DNA of 57,814 bases from contig JBNKUM010000071.1 in the NCBI GenBank assembly GCA_050298595.1, positions 1 to 57,814 on the forward strand. Direction: 5' to 3'. Below, in pieces: positions 51,845 to 57,814 of this stretch. How positions within the stretch are numbered: the stretch's first letter is position 1; each line of letters opens with the position of its first letter. The notes below the pieces were generated by a model. That model did no database searches. It was given only the letters and a program-made list of their open reading frames with translations, and was not told the DNA's origin. The translations under genes and the position numbers were made by a program. This stretch comes from Gammaproteobacteria bacterium (GTDB lineage Bacteria > Pseudomonadota > Gammaproteobacteria > GCA-001735895).

Positions 51845-53026
51845 ATGCGAATTACCATATTACATCGATATTTCTGGCCACAGAGTTACCCCTACGCAAG
51901 AATGCTCAAGGATATTGCAGAATCTCTGGTAAACGCGGGTCACGATGTTAAGGTCATGACGTCTCGTCAGGGCACTGAACAAGAAGACAATCAGCGGCTG
52001 ATATGGATGAAGCATAACGGCATTAAAATGTCCTTCATCACGCTTGGTTCCGAGAAAAAAAAGGAGTTGATTCGCAAGGCATTGAATGCGATCTATTTTG
52101 GAATGTGGGTCTTTTATAAGCTATTGTTTGGGCGGCAGGATGTGGTCATGGTGGCTACCACACCTCCCATTGTAGTGGCAGCCTTAGTGCGATGGGTAGG
52201 ATTTTTACGGGGTTTCAAATATGTCTATCATTGTCAGGATATACATCCTGAGGCCATGCTTATCAATCGTGAAATTAATGAAAATATCTTTTATCGGATA
52301 TTGAGGAAGATTGATAAAAAAAATATTGATGCTGCCTGGAAGGTGATAACCCTTTCGGGTGATATGAGAAATACTTTAGCAAAAAGGACAAGTTCCGTAG
52401 AGCATATCCATCTGATAAATAATTATATTTTCGAATCAGCCCCTCCTAAGGATAATAAAGAGATAAAAGTTTCTGACACGGTAAAATTCCTGTTTGCAGG
52501 AAGTCTTGGTCGATTACAAAATCTGGAATTATTGTTTGAGTCTTTAGAGCCTTTTGCAAAGCGTAAGGATGTCATATTTGAATTTATGGGAGAAGGTGTA
52601 CTCCGATCTAGGCTGGAGGCAATAAAGCAACGTTTAAATCTGGATAATGTTTCATTTCTGGGTCAAAAAACCTTTGCAGAAGCTGTGATGGCAATGCGGG
52701 AGGCTGATGCAGGTATAGTCAGTCTTGCTCCGGGCATCTGTAATGTGGCTTATCCCAGTAAGTCAGTTATGTATCTGGGTAATGGGTTACCAATATTCGC
52801 CTTGGTCGATGAGCAAACAGAATTGGCCCATTTTATCGAAGCTCATACACTAGGAGTGTCTGTCACTCCAGATTCCACTTCAGTTGTCTCTGAAGCTATT
52901 GAAAAAATGATAGGACTCTGCAAAAAAGAGGCAATTTCCCGCAAGAAAGTTGAAGCGCTAGCTAATGAGTTTTTTGGAAAAGAGCAGGCCTTGAAGAAGT
53001 TCGAAGGAATATTTGCGAATGATTGA
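51845..53026 (+). CDS. Family 4 glycosyltransferase (WbuB-like)
   Basis: YFWP, TTPP, QDIHPE, FAGSLG..QNL, YPSK; follows fnlABC. Confidence 0.85.
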   Translation: MRITILHRYFWPQSYPYARMLKDIAESLVNAGHDVKVMTSRQGTEQEDNQRLIWMKHNGIKMSFITLGSEKKKELIRKALNAIYFGMWVFYKLLFGRQDVVMVATTPPIVVAALVRWVGFLRGFKYVYHCQDIHPEAMLINREINENIFYRILRKIDKKNIDAAWKVITLSGDMRNTLAKRTSSVEHIHLINNYIFESAPPKDNKEIKVSDTVKFLFAGSLGRLQNLELLFESLEPFAKRKDVIFEFMGEGVLRSRLEAIKQRLNLDNVSFLGQKTFAEAVMAMREADAGIVSLAPGICNVAYPSKSVMYLGNGLPIFALVDEQTELAHFIEAHTLGVSVTPDSTSVVSEAIEKMIGLCKKEAISRKKVEALANEFFGKEQALKKFEGIFAND

Positions 53027-53888
53027 TTACAATAAGACTTCCCCTGTATTTTTGCTGGGTGCTGGCCGTTCTGGAACGAAGTTTGTTCGCAGTATTTTGT
53101 CTCAAAGTTCAGAAATTGATGCTATTCCCTTCGACGTGGGTTATGTATGGCGATATGGTAATGAATCTGTCCCACATGATGAACTTACTCCAGACATGGT
53201 GAATGAAAAAATCATTGCCTACATTAGAAAAACACTCCCCAGACTGGTTGATAAGAAAGATCAGAATACTCGTTATTATCTTGAAAAGTCGGTGCCTAAT
53301 ACATTAAGGCCTGCTTTTATGCATAAAGTTTTTCCTGAGGCTCGGTTTATCCACCTGATTCGCGATGGCAGGGCCGTAACAGAGTCATCAATAAGGTTAT
53401 GGCGGGAGCCTGCAGACAGACTATATTTGATGCAAAAGCTTAAATATTTTCCATGGTCTAATTATCGATATGCATTTTGGTATATTGGAAATTTGATCAA
53501 AGGCAATCTGTTTGCAAAGAGGGGGCAGCAGATATGGGGGCCTAGATACAAGGGGATGGATGACGAAGCCCTGAGCTTGCCGTTGGAAACCGTTTGCTCA
53601 AGACAGTGGAGAAAATGTGTTGAAATATGCTATGAACAGTTACTTCAGATTGATCAAAATCAGATTCTAGAAGTTCGTTACGAAAAACTGATGAGCGGTA
53701 CTGAAGAATTGTCCAGGATCTGTGATTTTCTCGGTATATCCGATAAAGATGCTGTGATCAGCATGTTTACTTCTACGGTAAATGCGACGAACCTCGAGAA
53801 ATGGAAAGATCGATTAAATGAAGATCAGTTAACGATTATTGTTGAGGAAATAGGTAAAACTTTAATAAAATTTGGCTATGAAGCATAA
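53019..53888 (+). CDS. Sulfotransferase
   Basis: FLLGAGRSGTK, LEKS..N.LR, FIHLIRDGRAV..S, VRYE. Confidence 0.87.
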   Translation: MIDYNKTSPVFLLGAGRSGTKFVRSILSQSSEIDAIPFDVGYVWRYGNESVPHDELTPDMVNEKIIAYIRKTLPRLVDKKDQNTRYYLEKSVPNTLRPAFMHKVFPEARFIHLIRDGRAVTESSIRLWREPADRLYLMQKLKYFPWSNYRYAFWYIGNLIKGNLFAKRGQQIWGPRYKGMDDEALSLPLETVCSRQWRKCVEICYEQLLQIDQNQILEVRYEKLMSGTEELSRICDFLGISDKDAVISMFTSTVNATNLEKWKDRLNEDQLTIIVEEIGKTLIKFGYEA

Positions 53889-53947
53889 AATTAGAAGAGA
53901 TAACTTCCTACTGCCGGCTCAGATGTTAATTTATTCAGGTCAAACTT

Positions 53948-54901
53948 GTGCATGAATTTTCAGTAGTTTGGGTAGGATTCCATGAAGAAGGTCGTTATGC
54001 ACTTGAGGAAATCTACGATAATGGTTTTCCTGTCAAAGCTGTTCTAACTCTTGATGATGAAGAAACCAGAAAAAGATCTGGCGCCTGGAGTTATGAGGCT
54101 TTCTGTAAAAAGTGCAATATCCCTCTGCATAAAATAAAAAATATCAATGATGATCAGGTTGTTGAACTGTTGAATGTTTTAAAACCATCAGTCATGTGTG
54201 TTATAGGTTGGAGCCAGATATTAAAAAAGCCAGCACTGGATGCTGCAGAACTGGTTGTTGGGACGCATGCTTCTCTGTTGCCTAATAATCGAGGAAGTGC
54301 TCCTATAAACTGGGCTTTAATTAATGGGGAGAAAAAGACTGGAAATACTCTTTTAGTGCTATCCGAAGGTGTAGACTCTGGTGATATTCTTGCCCAGCGA
54401 GCTTTTGATATTACCCCGTTTGACTCCTGTAAGAGCCTTTACGATAAAGTCGCTGAAACTAATGCGGATATGTTGATCGAACTACTCAAAAAAGTGCGGT
54501 CTGGAATATTACAGCCGGTTGTTCAGAGAGAGGTTGATGAAAAAATATTGGCTAGACGTCGGCCTCAGGATGGATTAATCAGCTGGGAACAGGGTTCAGC
54601 TCAGGTATATGATTTTATTCGTGCTTTAACGGAACCCTATCCGGGTGCCTTCACCTTCTATCATTCAAATCAGATAATTGTCTGGAAGGTTTCTTGGTCT
54701 CCAGATGATGAAACCACTGGAGAGCCAGGAAGCTTGGCCAGAGTTTGTTATAGCTTTATTGAAGAGCTGTGTTCTGTAGCGATTAACTGTTCTAAAGGCT
54801 GTATCTACCTGCATGAAATTGAAATACAGGGAAAAGGTCGACTTATAGGGACTGCTCTGGTTCAATTTTTTAATGAATTTGAAGGTTTTGGTAATGGGTA
54901 A
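53948..54901 (+). CDS. Sugar N-formyltransferase (Fmt/ArnA-like two-domain)
   Basis: GWSQIL, GTHASLLP..RG.API.W, GVDSGDI, RRPQDG.I.W, IRALTEPYPGAF. Confidence 0.85.
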   Translation: MHEFSVVWVGFHEEGRYALEEIYDNGFPVKAVLTLDDEETRKRSGAWSYEAFCKKCNIPLHKIKNINDDQVVELLNVLKPSVMCVIGWSQILKKPALDAAELVVGTHASLLPNNRGSAPINWALINGEKKTGNTLLVLSEGVDSGDILAQRAFDITPFDSCKSLYDKVAETNADMLIELLKKVRSGILQPVVQREVDEKILARRRPQDGLISWEQGSAQVYDFIRALTEPYPGAFTFYHSNQIIVWKVSWSPDDETTGEPGSLARVCYSFIEELCSVAINCSKGCIYLHEIEIQGKGRLIGTALVQFFNEFEGFGNG

Positions 54902-55580
54902 CACTGAGCAGAAAAAGATACTTGTGATCGCAGCACACCCAGATGATGAGTTACTGGGTTGTGGGGGTACAGTAGCTCTACATTCAGAGAGTGGAGACAG
55001 GGTTCGTTCAATCATTGTATGCGAAGGTGAATCTTTAAGGGGGGTCCAGCAAAGCACTGAAGGAACCCATCATGCTAAGGCTGCGGCCGAAATACTGGGA
55101 GTGGAATGTGTTGAGATATTGTCTTTTCCTGATCAACGACTGGATACCCTGACTTTGACTAAATTGATAACTCCAATTGAAAAGGTGGTCGACGAGTTTA
55201 GGCCGGATATTATCTACTGTCAGTATGGTGGGGATGTCAATAAGGATCATGAACTATTATTTCAGGCTGTTCTTGTGGCTACTCGCCCAACTGAGTCCTT
55301 TATTGATGGTGTCTATGCCTTTGATACGGCCTCTAGCACAGAATGGGCTTATCCCAGGTCTTTCATACCTGATACCTGGGTGGATATCACAACAACTCTT
55401 GAGAAAAAACTCAAAGCCATGGAATGTTATGAGTCAGAGCTCAGGCCTTATCCTCATCCGCGTTCTATCAAGGGCCTGGAAAATAAGGCGTATGCATGGG
55501 GTAACCAGTCCTGTATGGAAGCGGCTGAGGTTTTTATGACTATTCGACGGTGTTATCGTAGTGGCAAAGCGCCTGTTTGA
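54894..55580 (+). CDS. PIG-L family deacetylase
   Basis: AAHPDDE.LG.GG, FPDQRLD, DVNKDH, K..AM.CY.SE.R.YPHPRS. Confidence 0.9.
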   Translation: MGNTEQKKILVIAAHPDDELLGCGGTVALHSESGDRVRSIIVCEGESLRGVQQSTEGTHHAKAAAEILGVECVEILSFPDQRLDTLTLTKLITPIEKVVDEFRPDIIYCQYGGDVNKDHELLFQAVLVATRPTESFIDGVYAFDTASSTEWAYPRSFIPDTWVDITTTLEKKLKAMECYESELRPYPHPRSIKGLENKAYAWGNQSCMEAAEVFMTIRRCYRSGKAPV

Positions 55581-56235
55581 TCTTATTTTCAGCCTTCTTT
55601 TTCTGTTTTCTATTCTGCCAGTAATGGTTATGGCTGCGATAGGGATAAAATTATCAAGCCCAGGTCCTGTTCTGCATATTGCTAAGAGGGCGGGTAAGAG
55701 TGGCAGACCTTTTAACCTTTATAAATTCCGTTCAATGCATTTGGGGGCTGATGGTGAGAGTTCAATTACGGGTATAAATGACTCTCGTATCTTCAGTTTT
55801 GGAGAATTTCTGAGAAAAACTAAAATCGATGAGTTTCCACAATTTTTTAATGTTATTCTGGGTCAGATGTCGATTGTTGGCCCCCGACCGGAAGCTATGG
55901 ATATAGTGGATAAATTTTATGGTGAGCTGGGCATGTCTACTTTAACCGTAAGGCCAGGAGTGGTCAGTCCCGGTAGTCTTTTCAACTATACCCATGTCGA
56001 AGAGTATCTGGGTGAGAATTCTGAAGATGATTATGTTAGTAAGTTTCTCTCAATTAAATTGTCGTTGGAAAAAGTCTACCTTGATAAGGCTAATTTCATT
56101 TATGACCTAGAGATTATTGGTAGAACAGTCATGACAATTTTCCAGATTGCTTTAGGAAAGAAAAAATTCCCATATCCGAAAGAGTTTAATGAAGCCGTAA
56201 AAGCCAATTTAATTGAAACTGAATTACAGAATTAG
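55561..56235 (+). CDS. Small monotopic initiating phosphoglycosyl transferase (PglC-like)
   Basis: KRLFD, YKFRSM, LRKTKIDEFPQ..NV..G.MSIVGPRPE, VRPG. Confidence 0.9.
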   Translation: MAKRLFDLIFSLLFLFSILPVMVMAAIGIKLSSPGPVLHIAKRAGKSGRPFNLYKFRSMHLGADGESSITGINDSRIFSFGEFLRKTKIDEFPQFFNVILGQMSIVGPRPEAMDIVDKFYGELGMSTLTVRPGVVSPGSLFNYTHVEEYLGENSEDDYVSKFLSIKLSLEKVYLDKANFIYDLEIIGRTVMTIFQIALGKKKFPYPKEFNEAVKANLIETELQN

Positions 56236-56265
56236 GCTTAATAGTTTAAATAGGTACTAGTTAAA

Positions 56266-57426
56266 ATGAATATTCCTTTTTTTAAATTTAAATGCAGTGA
56301 CAGGGAGGTTGAGCTAGTAACAGATGTCTTAAGAAGTGGATGGTTGACTACCGCTGGCAAGGCTGCTGAGTTTGAAAAACAGTTTAAGACGTTATGCCAA
56401 ACCGAACATGCTCTGGCAGTTAATTCCTGCACAGCGGCACTGCATCTGGGACTTGAAGCGATCGGTATTGGTCCGGGTGACAAGGTGGTTGTCCCTTCCC
56501 TTACTTTTACTGCAACAGCAGAAGTCATTCGTTATTTGGGGGCTGATCCTGTCTTTGTTGATGTGGATTATTCTACAGCCCTGATGACTACCGAGCATCT
56601 AAAGCAGGCAGTCTCAGAATATCCTGATATAAAGGCTTGTATTGTAGTTCATTTTGCTGGGCAGTCAGCGAAACTGGATGGAGATGATGGGCTTTGGACT
56701 TTTTGTCAATCACATGGGATAAAGTTAATCCAGGATGCAGCTCATGCTTTTCCTGCATCGGATGAATATGGACCAGTTGGTAGCATTGGAGATGTAACCT
56801 GTTTTAGTTTTTATGCCAATAAAACTATTACCACGGGTGAAGGGGGAATGTTGGTGACAAATGATGACAGCATAGCTGAACGTGTCAAACGAATGAGGTT
56901 GCATGGTATCAGCCGGGATGTCTGGGACCGATTTACAAATAAATCCGTCTCATGGGAATATGATGTGGTCGCGCCAGGTTATAAATACAATCTGCCGGAT
57001 GTGAATGCTGCGATTGGTTTGGCCCAGCTAGAGCGGGCCAATGAATTTAGAAGTGAAAGGCAAAGGTGTGTCGGTAAGTATTATTCGGCTCTTAAAGACC
57101 TGGACTCCGTCGACCTTTTGAAATCACGAGTTCAAATCGAAGCGCATTCATGTCATTTAATGCCAATTATCCTCAACGAAAATTCTCATATTAGTCGTGA
57201 CGAATTGATCAACGAATTAAATCAACAGGGGATTGGTACTTCTGTTCACTATAAACCATTGCATCGTATGACATATTATCGCGACAAGTATGCTTTGAAA
57301 ATGGAAAACTATCCAAATACCGAGAAATATTGGCAGGGTTGTTTATCTTTACCGTTATATCCAACATTGTCTAATAAGGAAATAGACCAGATAACTGATA
57401 TAATAGCTACAAAACTAGATAGGTAG
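56266..57426 (+). CDS. DegT/DnrJ aminotransferase (sugar 4-aminotransferase type)
   Basis: SGWLTT, NSCTAALH, DAAHA, FSFYANKTITTGEGG, PGYKYN..D..AA, SVHY.P, LSLPLYP. Confidence 0.92.
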   Translation: MNIPFFKFKCSDREVELVTDVLRSGWLTTAGKAAEFEKQFKTLCQTEHALAVNSCTAALHLGLEAIGIGPGDKVVVPSLTFTATAEVIRYLGADPVFVDVDYSTALMTTEHLKQAVSEYPDIKACIVVHFAGQSAKLDGDDGLWTFCQSHGIKLIQDAAHAFPASDEYGPVGSIGDVTCFSFYANKTITTGEGGMLVTNDDSIAERVKRMRLHGISRDVWDRFTNKSVSWEYDVVAPGYKYNLPDVNAAIGLAQLERANEFRSERQRCVGKYYSALKDLDSVDLLKSRVQIEAHSCHLMPIILNENSHISRDELINELNQQGIGTSVHYKPLHRMTYYRDKYALKMENYPNTEKYWQGCLSLPLYPTLSNKEIDQITDIIATKLDR

Positions 57427-57630
57427 TCACCCCTGAAAAAGTATTCCCTTATAGATGGTACTGTCGTTATCCAGAGCTTCCTGATAGTAAACGCACTGTT
57501 TAAGCCTGCAATAAATCAGGCGTAAAAAAGCTATTAGCCATTTCCTCAGATTCCATGCAGTAGCTGCCATCAGCAGGTAGATCTGGTCGCCTGCTATGCC
57601 TTTCAGGAAGTTTCGTGACAAACAATAATC
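57426..57630 (-). mobile_element. IS5-family transposase 3' remnant with terminal IR, inserted at the DegT stop codon
   Basis: Minus strand LSRNFLKGIAGDQIYLLMAATAWNLRKW; end sequence (TA)GTCACCCCTGAAAAA. Confidence 0.75.
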
Positions 57631-57673
57631 GTAAGCGTCCAGCCATCCCACCTATGATTTATCGAGTTTCACA
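57631..57673. mobile_element. IS66-family terminal fragment interrupting the IS5 remnant
   Basis: GTAAGCGTCCAGCCATCCCACC, an IS66-type IR, begins exactly where IS5 homology stops. Confidence 0.7.
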
Positions 57674-57814
57674 GTAAGCGTCCGGTAAACCACAACTATA
57701 CTTCTGGTTTTACATTCCATGGTAACAGGTCATGCAGGTCATCAGGCTGCCTGGGTATCTCCTCAAGCAACGTTTTAAGATACTTGAATGGAGTTAGACC
57801 ATTTGCTTTGGCCG
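57674..57814 (-). mobile_element. IS66-family element right end with tnpC C-terminus (continues beyond window)
   Basis: IR GTAAGCGTCCGGTAAACCAC; minus strand AKANGLTPFKYLKTLLEEIP...DLLPWN. Confidence 0.88.

Noticed and set aside
1-57814. CRISPR arrays, tRNA/rRNA genes, integron attC arrays, prophage genes
   Set aside because: No regularly spaced repeats, RNA gene signatures, integrase or phage genes were seen by manual reading

Overview
Gammaproteobacterial chromosome segment. 1-3.5 kb holds the end of the spc operon (secY, rpmJ) and the alpha operon (rpsM-rpsK-rpsD-rpoA-rplQ). 3.5-15 kb holds manB, uvrA, an MFS transporter, comEA, a DHH phosphoesterase, ssb, an rjg-like beta-CASP hydrolase, a Uma2 nuclease and ugd. 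The remaining 42 kb is visibly AT-richer and contains two surface-polysaccharide loci in tandem. Locus 1 (about 15-30.5 kb) looks eroded: it has pseudogenes of metK, a lactonase, an SDR and probably wzy, alongside intact genes for a CMP-sugar module, two methyltransferases, a PRTase+HAD pair, gmd/fcl and wcaJ. Locus 2 (about 31.3-57.4 kb) is largely intact: metK, a WlbABC-like trio, wzx/wzy, asnB, two sulfotransferases, GNAT+deacetylase, fnlABC, formyltransferase+PIG-L deacetylase, a small initiating transferase and DegT enzymes. The main hidden structure is a ~600 bp compressed, diverged relic of the 5.2 kb DHH-ssb-...-ugd anchor directly upstream of the intact metK. This indicates two whole anchor+locus units joined in tandem with reciprocal decay, and the relic keeps the ssb promoter. 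Other features missing from the ORF track are a GGA-rich (CsrA-type) comEA leader, a 169 bp CTAG-flanked MITE, several IS200, IS4-like, IS5 and IS66 remnants, and short pseudogene stubs. All family assignments are from motif recognition by eye; no searches were run.
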